Positions 11,865-22,184 of a DNA stretch of 64,000 nt are shown piece after piece; the stretch's first letter is position 1, and each line of letters starts with the position of its first letter. The notes under the pieces are model-generated. The model ran no database searches and had not been told where the DNA came from. It saw only the letters and a list, made by a program, of their open reading frames with translations. The stretch is from an uncultured delta proteobacterium (lineage in GTDB: Bacteria > Desulfobacterota > WTBG01), in NCBI GenBank assembly GCA_963793865.1, contig CAWCBP010000008.1, positions 160,001-224,000 on the forward strand, read 5' to 3'. A program made the translations under genes and the position numbers.

Positions 11865-12356
11865 ATGATAAGCAATCTTTTTAACCGCTTCGTGAACACC
11901 AAGGGCCTGCTTAAAGGGGACCCGGACCCGGGCAGAATGACAGCCATGTCCGGCGGGCATATCGCCAGCGCAACCTGTCCGGCGCCGCCCGCGAAATGGA
12001 CGGTTAGAAACAGGCTCAGGCAGTTTGTGGAATCGGGCAGGCATCTCATCTCGCTTAAGGGCAGCCGGTTAAGCGGCGAGAGTGAAACGCGGACGGAAGA
12101 GAGGCACATGACCTTCAGCCTTTACGCGCCGGAGGCGGGGTGCGTTTCGCTGGCCGGGGAGTTTAACGCGTGGAGCCCTGATGCTTGTCCCCTGGACAAA
12201 GCTCCCGGGGGGATGTGGGAGCGGGTGCTTGCGCTTCCTCCGGGACGGTATGAATATAAATTTATTGTCGACGGCCTGTGGCAGAACGATCCCGGCTGCA
12301 CGGTCTATGCCCCCAATCCCTTCGGGGGTGAGAATTCTGTGCTGATTGTGTCCTGA
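11865..12356 (+). CDS. Glycogen-binding CBM48 / isoamylase early-set domain protein (start uncertain; domain begins near 12108)
   Basis: APEAGCVSLAGEFNAW...LPPGRYEYKFIVDGLWQNDP...NPFGGENSV. Confidence 0.85.
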   Translation: MISNLFNRFVNTKGLLKGDPDPGRMTAMSGGHIASATCPAPPAKWTVRNRLRQFVESGRHLISLKGSRLSGESETRTEERHMTFSLYAPEAGCVSLAGEFNAWSPDACPLDKAPGGMWERVLALPPGRYEYKFIVDGLWQNDPGCTVYAPNPFGGENSVLIVS

Positions 12357-12474
12357 CCGGCAGTCCGGGCGCGACGGCATGCATAAGGCATGGTAATAAA
12401 CAGCAAGATTTTTCCTGCTGTTTTATTTTTTTATAAAGACAAGCCCCGCGGGAGCGCATTCATGCGCATTACAT

Positions 12475-12497
12475 TCGCGGCTAAAGCCGCTCCTACC
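12475..12497 (-). repeat. GTAG-type REP
   Basis: Minus strand ggtaggagcggctttagccgcga. Confidence 0.6.
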
Positions 12498-12607
12498 GGC
12501 CATACACAAATCTGAGAAAAATTTATCAGGAATATATCTGCAGAAATACGATGTGTTTTTTACTGCGTATCGAAACAGCAAACAGCCCTCGGCACGCATG
12601 TTTCCGT

Positions 12608-12636
12608 TTGACTTATACGCCTTCTTTCGTTACATT
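12608..12636 (+). promoter_or_regulatory. Candidate sigma70 promoter for the YtxH-glgA unit
   Basis: TTGACT-17 nt-TACATT. Confidence 0.5.
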
Positions 12637-12702
12637 CATACTGTCAGGCCGGATGTGTTTATTCGCTCTGTCAGGAGCATAACAGGGTTGAAGGGGGCAT
12701 AA

Positions 12703-13059
12703 ATGTCAGCAGGAAGAAGCGGTCGAAAGGTTGCGCTGTCTTTATTTTTTGCGATACTGGGAGGCCTTTTCGGCGCAGGGCTGGCCCTGCTCTATGCCCC
12801 GTCCAGCGGGGAACGAACGCGCCATTATCTGAGAGTGCAAAAGGAGTGGGCGCGCAGAAGGGCCGGCATCGTGACCGGGGACATTAAAGAAAGCATGGAT
12901 CGCCTCGTGGCCGAGATGAGGGGGATTACCTCCCGTCTGCTCGAGGGCGGAGCGACCCTGACGCGGGAAACAAAGGCCGACCTTCTGGCGGCGATTGAAG
13001 CCGGTAAAAAGGCCATGGACGAGGAGCGCAGGCGATTGGGCCGCGGTGGTCAAACCTGA
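12703..13059 (+). CDS. YtxH-domain protein
   Basis: GGLFGAGLALLYAPSSGERTR. Confidence 0.85.
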   Translation: MSAGRSGRKVALSLFFAILGGLFGAGLALLYAPSSGERTRHYLRVQKEWARRRAGIVTGDIKESMDRLVAEMRGITSRLLEGGATLTRETKADLLAAIEAGKKAMDEERRRLGRGGQT

Positions 13060-13070
13060 GAAGGGTGCGC

Positions 13071-14550
13071 ATGGCACAGGGGCTTAAGATCTTATTTCTT
13101 TCTCCGGAAGCGGTACCCTTCGCCAAAACGGGCGGATTGGGCGATGTTGCCGGCAGTCTTCCCCCGGCCCTGCGGCGGCTGGGCGTGGACGTGCGGGCCG
13201 TTCTTCCCCTCTATGCCATGGTGCGAGCGTCGGGGGCGGAGATGCGGCTCATCCGCGAGGATTTGAAGGTTCCCCTGGGCGGGTCCCTGCTTACCGCCCG
13301 CGTATGGGAAGCGCAGGAGGCTGAAAACACGCCGCTGTACCTTATTGAGCGCGAGGATTTTTTCGGCAGGCCCAACCTGTACGGAACCGCTTCAGGCGAT
13401 TACTACGACAACCTGGAGCGTTTCTCCTTTTACTCGCACGCGGCGCTTCGTCTTGCCGAGGAGCTCTCCTTCGGTCCGGACCTGATCCACTGCCATGACT
13501 GGCAGTCCGGGCTGGTTCCCGCCCTGGTCAGGGGACCTTACCGGCGCAGCGCCTGCGTCGGAGGGGCCCGGACGATGTTTACCATCCACAACCTGGGCTA
13601 CCAGGGCCTTTTCCCCCCTGAAAAGCTGCCGCTGACCGGGCTTTCCCCGGAGGAATATTTCCACATGGAGGGCCTTGAGTATTGGGGCAAGATAAGCCTG
13701 CTGAAAGCGGGCATGGTGTATGCGGATATGATTACCACGGTGAGCCCCACCTACGCGAAGGAAATTCAGACAGAAAGCTACGGCCTGGGCATGGACGGGA
13801 TCTTGCGGGGGAGGAAATCCGCGCTCTTCGGCATTCTGAACGGCGTGGATTACGGGGTCTGGGATCCGGGGCACGATGTCCATCTGCCGGCAAACTATTC
13901 GGTCAGGAAGATGGCGGGAAAACGGGACTGCAAGAAGGCGCTCATCGGGGAAATGAAGCTTGATCCCGCGCTCGGCAGCAGGCCGCTGCTGGGGGTGATA
14001 TCCCGGCTTGATGCCCAAAAGGGCATTGACCTGCTGGTGTCTGCGCTTCCCGGGATTCTCGAGTCTCGGCGCGGGTGTGGTGGTTCTGGGATCAGGAGAC
14101 GCTTCCATCCAGGAGGCATTGAGGAAGGCCGCCCGGGACCATCCCGGACGGGTGGGCCTTACCATCGGCTTTAACGATCCGCTGGCCCACCGCATCATGG
14201 GCGGGACCGATCTGTTTGTGATACCCTCCCGCTATGAGCCCTGCGGCCTTACCCAGATGTACGCCCTGCGCTACGGAACGGTTCCGGTGGTACGGGCAAC
14301 GGGCGGACTGGATGATACCATCATACCCTTCCGCAGGAAAGAAGGAGACGGGAACGGCTTTAAGTTTACCGCTTACCAGCCGCAGGCGCTCCTTGCCGCC
14401 ATCAGTGACGCGGTTGATCTTTTCAGCGACGCCAAAACCTGGAAAAAGCTGCAGACCAACGGAATGAAGGCTGACTTTTCCTGGGACCGGTCAGCTCGCA
14501 GCTATCTTGAGCTTTACCGGTCTGCGCTGAAACCGGCACGGACCGGGTGA
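13071..14550 (+). CDS. glgA: Glycogen synthase; apparent frameshift near 14060
   Basis: PFAKTGGLGDV, HCHDWQ, GILNGVD and SRLDAQKG in the first ORF; PSRYEPCGLTQMYALRYGT and DFSW in the overlapping ORF. Confidence 0.92.
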
Positions 14551-14581
14551 CCATACGCTCTCCGTACCGCTTCCCGGGCAT

Positions 14582-14699
14582 CGTCCCCGCGAAAGCAGGG
14601 ATCCCTATCTGTTATATAACGGAATCATGCGATGTGGAGGGCCATGCCCTGTCATGGCCGTAATAAATAATCGGACGCTGCGGAGCGCGTCCTTCCACA
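14582..14699. repeat. Cluster of REP-like hairpins (CGTC- and GTGG-tagged)
   Basis: cgtccccgcgaaagcagggga; gtggagggccatgccctgtcatggccg; ggacgctgcggagcgcgtccttccac. Confidence 0.5.
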
Positions 14700-14726
14700 A
14701 GAGATCCCTTTTCTAATCAAACACCC

Positions 14727-16139
14727 ATGCCCTCCGGGTGCAGCAGCGTCGTGCGTTATATACTCGTTCCCGAACATCCCTTTCTGCTGTACCAGCTGCC
14801 GGATTTCTCCGGCCAGGCGGATGAGGTTGTCTGTCTGGTAAAGGATGCGTCGTCTTTGCCGGGAGGCCTTCCCTTCAAGGGGAAAATCTTCGCGGGCGAT
14901 CCCGCACAGCAGGAAACCTATCAGGCGCTTGAGATAGGGCCTGATGACAGGGTTATCCTGTGCGCGGTATCACCCGGCATGACGGAGCGGATGCTCCGGG
15001 CGCTGCTGGGCACATGTGCAACCGTCCCGGTGGTGGTGCTGGGAAAGGATGCCCCGGCAGACCGGCAGATGCAGCGTTACAATGTATCCTACGTATGTGC
15101 CGAAATGCTTTTGGGGAAAACCATCCGGGAGGAGTGGCAGCACATCAGGAACAGGGAGCAGACCGAAAAGATCAGGGAGCTTGCCCGGGGAGCTAAAAAC
15201 ATGCTTATCCTTACCCAGCATGATCCTGATCCGGATGCGCTGGCAAGCGGCATGGCCTTGCGAACCCTTTTGGGAAGAAACCTCGCTACCACCCCGCTCG
15301 GTTCTCTGGGCGGGGTGACGCGAAGTGAAAATCTGAAAATGATCCGGCACTTGGACATACGATTGACCCCACTGGAGCCGCAGTCGCTAAGCAAGTATTC
15401 TGTTATTGCCCTGGTTGATGTGCAGCCCCCTTATTTCGGCGATGCCCTGCCGAGGGCCGACATTGTGTTTGATCATCATCCCCGGGTCGCAGACTACGCC
15501 TGTTCCTTTGAGGATATCAGGGAGGACTACGGTGCCACCTCGACCATCCTGAGTGAATATCTGATTGCCAACGGCATCAAGTTTAACCAGCGGCTGGCAA
15601 CGGCACTGCTTTACGGTATCAAGTCCGACACCCTGATGCTGGGAAGGGAGGCTCACGCCGCTGATGTACAGGTTTTTACCACCCTCTATCCCCTGGCCAA
15701 TCACGATCTCTTGCGCCGCATAGAATATCCCTCCCTTAACCCCGAAGAGGTCAGTGCTTTTGCCAGGGCATTGCAAAAACACCGGCTGATCAACAGGGTG
15801 GTTTTTACCCATCTGGGGAGGGTGCGGCGGGATGACATCATACCCAGGCTGGCTGATTTCTGCCTGCAGATGGACGGTGCCGAGTGGTCGGTGGTGTCAG
15901 GCCTTTTTCAGCGCCGGGTGATCATATCGGTGAGAAATGCCGGGTATGTGAAAAGCGCCGGCGAGGTGGTACAGATGGTGTTCCCTGATCCTGAGACTGC
16001 CGGGGGCCACCGCACCATGGCCAAAGTGAATATCTCCTGGGTTGATTTTAAGAAGCTGTTTCAGATTCGCTCGGCTGCGGCGGTTGCGGATAGTATCATC
16101 GGCGCTTTTTTAAGAAGCATCGAAGAGGATAAGCATTAG
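14727..16139 (+). CDS. DHH/DHHA1 phosphoesterase with a degenerate N-terminal TrkA_N/RCK-like region
   Basis: HDPDPDALAS, ALVD, FDHHP, GIKSDT, SVRN, AGGH. Confidence 0.88.
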   Translation: MPSGCSSVVRYILVPEHPFLLYQLPDFSGQADEVVCLVKDASSLPGGLPFKGKIFAGDPAQQETYQALEIGPDDRVILCAVSPGMTERMLRALLGTCATVPVVVLGKDAPADRQMQRYNVSYVCAEMLLGKTIREEWQHIRNREQTEKIRELARGAKNMLILTQHDPDPDALASGMALRTLLGRNLATTPLGSLGGVTRSENLKMIRHLDIRLTPLEPQSLSKYSVIALVDVQPPYFGDALPRADIVFDHHPRVADYACSFEDIREDYGATSTILSEYLIANGIKFNQRLATALLYGIKSDTLMLGREAHAADVQVFTTLYPLANHDLLRRIEYPSLNPEEVSAFARALQKHRLINRVVFTHLGRVRRDDIIPRLADFCLQMDGAEWSVVSGLFQRRVIISVRNAGYVKSAGEVVQMVFPDPETAGGHRTMAKVNISWVDFKKLFQIRSAAAVADSIIGAFLRSIEEDKH

Positions 16140-16296
16140 CAGGCTGTTGAAAAACACCCATCCCCTGCGTTACACGCTCATCCTTCGTCATTGCAGCGTA
16201 CTTGCATGTACGCCTCATTCCTCAGTATTTCGCGTGCCTTGCATCTGGATGTTTTTGAACAGCCTGGTAAAAGTTACTTTTTCAACAACCTGCTAG
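16136..16296 (+). mobile_element. MITE-like ~160 bp element, copy 2
   Basis: ttag-caggctgttgaaaaa ... tttttcaacaacctg-ctag; overlaps the DHH stop codon. Confidence 0.85.
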
Positions 16297-16322
16297 GAAC
16301 GTGCAGTGAGAAAGCACCGGCC

Positions 16323-17813
16323 ATGAACTACATTTTTAACATATCCGAATTTTTTGCGACCGTCCGCTGGCATGACTGGCTGGACATCGGCATCGTCGCC
16401 TTTCTGCTGTACCGGTGCTTCGTCCTCTTCTGGGGCACCCTGGTGTTTCGGGCCATCATCGGGGTGACCCTGCTCTGGGTTTTCGACCTTATTGCCAACA
16501 CCCTGGGCATGATTGTTACCAGCCTCATTCTCAGGGGTATCGGGGCCATCATCGTCATCATCGTGGTGGTGATTTTCAGGAATGAAATTCGCGGGGTGGT
16601 GGTCAGCACCAGCCCACTCAACCTGTTTTGGGGAAAGCCCCGCAGAAAAAAGGTTTTTGACTACCATGCCGTTTCGGAGGCAATCTTCGCCCTGGCCGAA
16701 AAGCGGGTCGGCGCGCTGGTGGTGTTTACCAGGATGACCAGCGTGGACCACCTCATTCAGGACGGCGTGCGGCTGGCGGCGAACTTCAGCCGGGAGCTCC
16801 TGTTCAGCATCTTTGATCACGGCTCGGTGCTCCATGACGGCGCGGTCATCATGGACGGCAGCCGGATAGCCGTTGCCGCGGCCTTCCTGCCCCTGACCAT
16901 GCAGGGATCGCTCCCCCTGAAGTACGGCACCAGGCATCGCGCCGCGCTGGGCCTTTCAGAGCGGTCGGATGCCGTGATCGCGGTGGTTTCTGAGGAGCGG
17001 GGCGAGGTATCGCTGGCGTGCGGCGGCAGCCTGAAGACGGTTGCCGACGGGGAACAGCTTTCAGCCCGGCTCAAGGAGCTTATCGAGGGCGAGTCAAAGA
17101 AGGCCGGTTTCGCCGGGCCCCTGAAAAAGGCCGTGCTTGATGCGGCGGTCAAGATCTCCTTTTTGCTGCTGGCGATCTTCATCTGGTTCTTTTTCGCGGG
17201 GGAGAAGGAATCGGTCATATCCTACACCGCGCCCATCGAATTCAGAAATCTGCCCAAATCGTTTGAGCTGATGAGCGTCTCCGCCGACCGGGCGGAGGTG
17301 CAGGTCGCCGGGAGCCGCCGCCTCATCCTGCAATTGAAACCCGAAGAGATCAGTCTTTCTCTTAACCTGGCCGACAGCACGCCGGGGAAGAACAATTACC
17401 CGCTGACGCGGAAGAACATTGCCCTGCCGCCGGGATTCAATGTTATCAAGATCAATCCCCATGAGCTGGCCGTGGTGATGGAGGAGCGGGAGACGAAAAC
17501 GGTGGAGGTCATCCCCCAGTGGACGGGGATCCTGCCCGAGGGGAAAAAGCTGGTTTCTTCGCGGCTGACACCGGATCGGGTGGTTGTGTTTGGCGCCCCG
17601 TCGGTTCTGAAGGCCATCATCAGCGTTAAAACAGAGCCCATTGACCTTTCAGGGGCAGAGAAGACGGATACGATTGAAGCGGCCGTTATCCTTCCGACCG
17701 CGTCGGTTTCCCTTGCCCCGGGAGCTCCGCCCAGGGTAAAGGTGGACCGGGAAATTGCCGACACCGCCGAAAAGCCGGCAAAGAAAAAACAAAAAGCGGA
17801 GAAAGCACCCTAG
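16323..17813 (+). CDS. dacA: Diadenylate cyclase (CdaA/DacA) fused to YbbR (CdaR-like) domains
   Basis: Three N-terminal TM helices; HDGAV and GTRHRAA catalytic motifs; VSEERG; a further TM helix and beta-rich repeats. The longer ORF-track start lies inside the MITE. Confidence 0.9.
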   Translation: MNYIFNISEFFATVRWHDWLDIGIVAFLLYRCFVLFWGTLVFRAIIGVTLLWVFDLIANTLGMIVTSLILRGIGAIIVIIVVVIFRNEIRGVVVSTSPLNLFWGKPRRKKVFDYHAVSEAIFALAEKRVGALVVFTRMTSVDHLIQDGVRLAANFSRELLFSIFDHGSVLHDGAVIMDGSRIAVAAAFLPLTMQGSLPLKYGTRHRAALGLSERSDAVIAVVSEERGEVSLACGGSLKTVADGEQLSARLKELIEGESKKAGFAGPLKKAVLDAAVKISFLLLAIFIWFFFAGEKESVISYTAPIEFRNLPKSFELMSVSADRAEVQVAGSRRLILQLKPEEISLSLNLADSTPGKNNYPLTRKNIALPPGFNVIKINPHELAVVMEERETKTVEVIPQWTGILPEGKKLVSSRLTPDRVVVFGAPSVLKAIISVKTEPIDLSGAEKTDTIEAAVILPTASVSLAPGAPPRVKVDREIADTAEKPAKKKQKAEKAP

Positions 17814-17840
17814 CAGACAACAGAAGGAGGGGAGACGGTT

Positions 17841-18923
17841 ATGGAGCGCTACGTACAAAAGAGATCACGCAAATCAGGGCTGCCTCCGGGCACGCTCGTC
17901 CACATCGGGGCGAAGCGGGAGGAGAAGGCGCTGATCACCTTCATGAACTACGATGAATCCGGGATGAGCGAAAAGGAGGTGCAAAGCATCGAAGAATGCT
18001 TCTTTTTGCGGGACCTGCCGATGGTGAGCTGGATCAATATCGATGGCGTTCACCAGGTTGAGCTGATCGAGAAACTGGGAACCCACTTTAACCTTCATCC
18101 CCTGGTGCTTGAGGATATTGCCAACACCGGCCAGCGTCCCAAGCTGGAGGATTACGGGGATTACCTCTTTATCGTGCTGAAAATGCTCTACCACGGCAGG
18201 AGAAACGACCTGATTGAAGCGGAACAGCTCTGCCTGGTTGTCGGTCCCCACTATGTTATTACCTTTCAGGAAAAACCGGGGGACGTATTTGACCCCGTCC
18301 GGGAGCGCATCAGGAATGGTAAAGGACGCACCCGCAGGATGGGGGCGGATTACCTGGCCTATGCATTGATTGACGCCATCGTTGATGATTATTTCGCCAT
18401 ACTTGAGCACTACGGCGAGCGGATCGAGGCGGTCGAGGAAAAACTGGTTAACCATCCCACGCCTGATAATCTGCGCGCCATTCACCGGCTCAAGAGCGAG
18501 ATGATATTTTTGCGCAAGTCGGTGTGGCCGCTCCGGGAGGTGATCACCGTCCTGGAACGGGGTGAATCACCGCTGATACAGCAGCCAACCACCGTCTATC
18601 TGAGGGACGTCTACGATCACACCGTCCATATTATCGATACGGTGGAAACCTTCCGGGACCTGATATCGGGCATGCTGGAAACCTACCTCTCGAGCATGAG
18701 CAACCGCATGAACGAGGTGATGAAGGTGCTGACCATCATCGCCACCATATTCATGCCGCTAACCTTCATCGTGGGCATCTACGGCATGAATTTCAATACC
18801 GCTGCTTCGCCGCTTAACATGCCGGAGCTTAATTGGAAATACGGCTACCCGGCGTCAATCGCCGTCATGGCGCTGGTGGCGCTGGGCATGATCTGGTATT
18901 TTAAGAAGAAGAAATGGTTTTGA
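17841..18923 (+). CDS. corA: Magnesium/cobalt transporter CorA
   Basis: GLPPGTL, LHPLVLEDI, QRPK, MNEVMKVLT, GIYGMNF. Confidence 0.96.
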   Translation: MERYVQKRSRKSGLPPGTLVHIGAKREEKALITFMNYDESGMSEKEVQSIEECFFLRDLPMVSWINIDGVHQVELIEKLGTHFNLHPLVLEDIANTGQRPKLEDYGDYLFIVLKMLYHGRRNDLIEAEQLCLVVGPHYVITFQEKPGDVFDPVRERIRNGKGRTRRMGADYLAYALIDAIVDDYFAILEHYGERIEAVEEKLVNHPTPDNLRAIHRLKSEMIFLRKSVWPLREVITVLERGESPLIQQPTTVYLRDVYDHTVHIIDTVETFRDLISGMLETYLSSMSNRMNEVMKVLTIIATIFMPLTFIVGIYGMNFNTAASPLNMPELNWKYGYPASIAVMALVALGMIWYFKKKKWF

Positions 18924-18972
18924 GCGGGATCTGACTAAAATTCATGCAATTCCTCAGGGAAAGGAGACCAGC

Positions 18973-19494
18973 ATGGAATACATTTCTCCCCGGGAAGCTC
19001 TGGCAAAAGTGAAAGCAGAACAGGCGCGGCTCATCGACGTCCGCACCCCCGCCGAATACCGGGCCATCCGCGCGGCAGGCGCTGAACATCATGAGCTGAG
19101 CAAGCTGAATGACGAGTATATTGATCGTACACTGCTCGCGGGAGGAGCAGAGAGACCGCTGCTCATGCTCTGCAAGTCGGGCAAGCGTGCCGCGCAGGCG
19201 GCGAAATTGATCGAGGGCAGAACCAGGGCGCCGGTGCTGGTGGTGGAGGGCGGGACTGATTTGTGGGATGAGCAGAAATTGCCGGTGGAAAAAGGCGAGG
19301 CGGTCATGAGCCTGGAGCGGCAGGTGCGCATAGCGGCAGGCAGTTTGGTGCTCATCGGCACGCTGGCCGGCTTCTTTTCACATCAGGCCTTCCTGGTAGT
19401 GCCGGCATTCGTGGGGGCAGGACTGGTGTTCGCCGGGGTCACCGATACCTGCGCCATGGGCATGCTTCTGGCAAAAATGCCCTGGAACAAGTGA
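18973..19494 (+). CDS. Rhodanese domain + DUF2892 membrane protein (YgaP-like)
   Basis: IDVRTPAEY, CKSGKRA, SLERQVRIAAG, C...LLAKMPWN. Confidence 0.9.
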   Translation: MEYISPREALAKVKAEQARLIDVRTPAEYRAIRAAGAEHHELSKLNDEYIDRTLLAGGAERPLLMLCKSGKRAAQAAKLIEGRTRAPVLVVEGGTDLWDEQKLPVEKGEAVMSLERQVRIAAGSLVLIGTLAGFFSHQAFLVVPAFVGAGLVFAGVTDTCAMGMLLAKMPWNK

Positions 19495-19553
19495 AATGAG
19501 CCGGTGAGGAACCCTGTTTATGATATAAAATAAGCACCTGATTCATTACGCAT

Positions 19554-19588
19554 AACCCCTTAGCACTCAATTCTGAGGGGGTTTTTTA
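19554..19588 (+). terminator. Intrinsic terminator
   Basis: aaccccttag...ctgagggggtt followed by a T run. Confidence 0.65.
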
Positions 19589-19760
19589 TTGCGCTTGCAA
19601 TGGCCTTCGATCGCTGCAGGAAAGTGCTAAAGCTTTTTTGGGAAATTTCGATAAAAAAACATTGATACCATAGGATTTTAACCGCAGTGCAGGCTGGGAA
19701 AGCACAACCAAGAACAGTTGATCCATCTTATAAAATGTTTATCGAGCGGGAGGGACTAGA

Positions 19761-21893
19761 GTGAAGCTGGCATATACCCAAAAGAGGGAGTGGGTCGATT
19801 TGTTCATGGTGTTGGCGGTGTCATTTGTGTTTACACTCATCAGCCTGTCGATCAATTTCATTGATAAGATGTACAAGTATTTTTATGCTCTAACCCGCTA
19901 CCCGGTTGCTGAATTTGTCATCAATCTGGTGTTCCTGTGGCTCATAGGCCTGCTCTGGATAACCTATCGTCATTGGCAGAGGGCGTAACAGGGGCAACGG
20001 GAGCTGGAAGATACCATTTCAAGCATCAATCCTGATGTGCTGATGGTCGTCGACGGCAACCGGAAGGTCATTTTGTGTAATGCGCCGGTACGGCAAATGT
20101 TCGGATATGCAGCGGAGGAAATCATTAATAAGCCTACCGACTGGCTCTTCAGCGATAGAGAACTGTGCGCCCCGGATAATCCGGATATGCATGACGGCCC
20201 GGATAATGACGGTTTCCAAAGGGCATTTGCTACGGGGAAGAGGAAAAGCGGGGAAACGTTCGGGCTTGAAATAATTACCGCCAGACTGCGTAACCGGGAA
20301 GGCGCGGTGCTGTTATTAAAAGATGTTAATGATCGGAAGCGGGCTGAAGACGCAGTAAAACTTTCCGAGGAAAAATATCAGCGCCTGATCGAGAACGCCA
20401 ATGACGGGATTGTTTCAATGGACAACGAGGGGCTGATAATCGGCTTTAATAAAAAGGCCGAGGATATTTTCGGTTGTACCCAGAAAGAGGTTATGGGGAA
20501 ACCGGTCTTTCTCCTGTTCCCGGAGGAAGAAAGAGACGGGGACATGGAAGTATTTAAACAATTTAAAACAACCGGCGAACTGGGGTTGCTCGGTAAAACC
20601 ATCGAGCGGGACGGGTTGCGAAAGGACGGCAGGAGGGTTTCTTTAGAGGCAACCCTGTCCGTCTCCGGAGCGAAAGAAAAAAGTATTATAACGGCAATTT
20701 TGCGAGACATAACCGAGCGCAGGAAGATAGAACAGCAGCTCTCGCAGTCTGAAAAATTGCGATCGCTGGGAGAACTGGCAGGAGGCGTGGCCCATGAATT
20801 CAATAATGTGCTGGCGGCGATCCTGGGCAGGGTCCAGCTTTTGAAGCTCCAGCTTGAGCCGCCTCTCTCGCCGGAGGAAAGGCAGAAGTTGCTGCTTGAT
20901 CTGCTGCGGAGCCTGGACATTATTGAGAAAGCGTCCTTTGACGGGGCCCAGGGGGTAAAGAGGATCCAGGAATTTTCACGCAAGCGGACCGATGACCGCG
21001 ATTTTAAAGCGATTAACATTAATGAGTTGCTTGATAATGCGCTCGAATTCACCCAGATGCGGTGGAAAAATGATGCCGAGACAAAAGGCATCACTGTGGC
21101 CATTCACAAGGAGTATGCAGATCTTCCCACCACGACCGGCAGCGCATCGGAAATACGGGAGGTATTCACCAACATAATCAACAATGCGCTTGATGCCATG
21201 CCTGACGGGGGAAGCATTACCATCAGGACATGCAGGGAGGACGATCATATCTGCATAAAAATAGCGGACACGGGGGCCGGCATTCCTGAAATGATTCGCA
21301 ACCGCATATTTGACCCCTTCTTCACTACCAAGGGCGTTCAGTCAACAGGGTTGGGCATGAGCGTCTCGTACGGGATTATCAGTCGCCATCACGGCAGCAT
21401 CGCGGTGGACAGCACTGAAGGGAACGGGACCGCCTTCACTGTGAAAATTCCCATCACCCGGGAGATGTCGCATGAGAAACCTTTATTAAAAACGGAAGCA
21501 GAGAAGAACAGGAAGGCACGGATTCTGGTCATAGAGGACGAGGACGATGTGCGCCAGCTGCTCTTTGATATCCTGAGCAGTGAGGGGCATGAGGTTGAGG
21601 TGGCTTCCGACGGAATTCAGGGACTGGATTTGTTTAAGGAGAGAGATTTTGATCTGGTGTGCACCGACCTGGGCATGCCGAAAGTGTCGGGCTGGCAGGT
21701 GGCCGAAGAAATCAAGCGTATCGGCAGAAAGGTGCCTGTCGCCATTATTACGGGATGGGATGTGAATATCATGGAATCAGAGCTGAAAGAAAAGGCGGTA
21801 AATTTTGTGATTCAGAAACCATTCCAGGTTAAGCAGGTTTTAAGCCTGGTCAAGGAAGGCGTTACCTTGATGGACCGGTTTAAAGCAGCCTGA
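19761..21893 (+). CDS. Membrane hybrid histidine kinase (2 TM, 2 PAS, HisKA, HATPase, receiver), interrupted by an in-frame TAA at 19986-19988
   Basis: The 75-aa TM ORF and the 618-aa ORF share a frame; AHEFNN, NALDAM, DTGAGI, FDPFFTTK, GLGM, CTDLGMP. Confidence 0.85.
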
Positions 21894-21957
21894 TAAGTGC
21901 AAACCGGCAATAAAACTGACGTCGTCTCCGGCAGCAGTATCTTTCCCCGTTTCAATT

Positions 21958-21990
21958 CCCCTTCAGTATCCGGTGCTGAAGGGGTTTTTT
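21958..21990 (+). terminator. Intrinsic terminator
   Basis: ccccttcag...ctgaagggg followed by a T run. Confidence 0.65.
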
Positions 21991-22184
21991 ACGCTCGCTT
22001 CGCTTGCACGCGCATGCTTTTATTACATTCCGGCGGTGAAAATAATCTTTTCAATCGAGGGCAGTTCTGATAGATTCAAATGTAGCCTGTGACAGCGGGA
22101 TACGTTCCAGTTTGATGCTGCGGGTGAACTGCCGGCATCAGCGGCGAAAAAATTTTGATGGTTTATTTTCTGAGAGAAAGTACG

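Noticed and set aside
16191..16322. N-terminal extension of the diadenylate cyclase
   Set aside because: It is read through MITE copy 2; ATG 16323 fits better.
19986..19988. Selenocysteine or pyrrolysine read-through
   Set aside because: The codon is TAA, not TGA or TAG.
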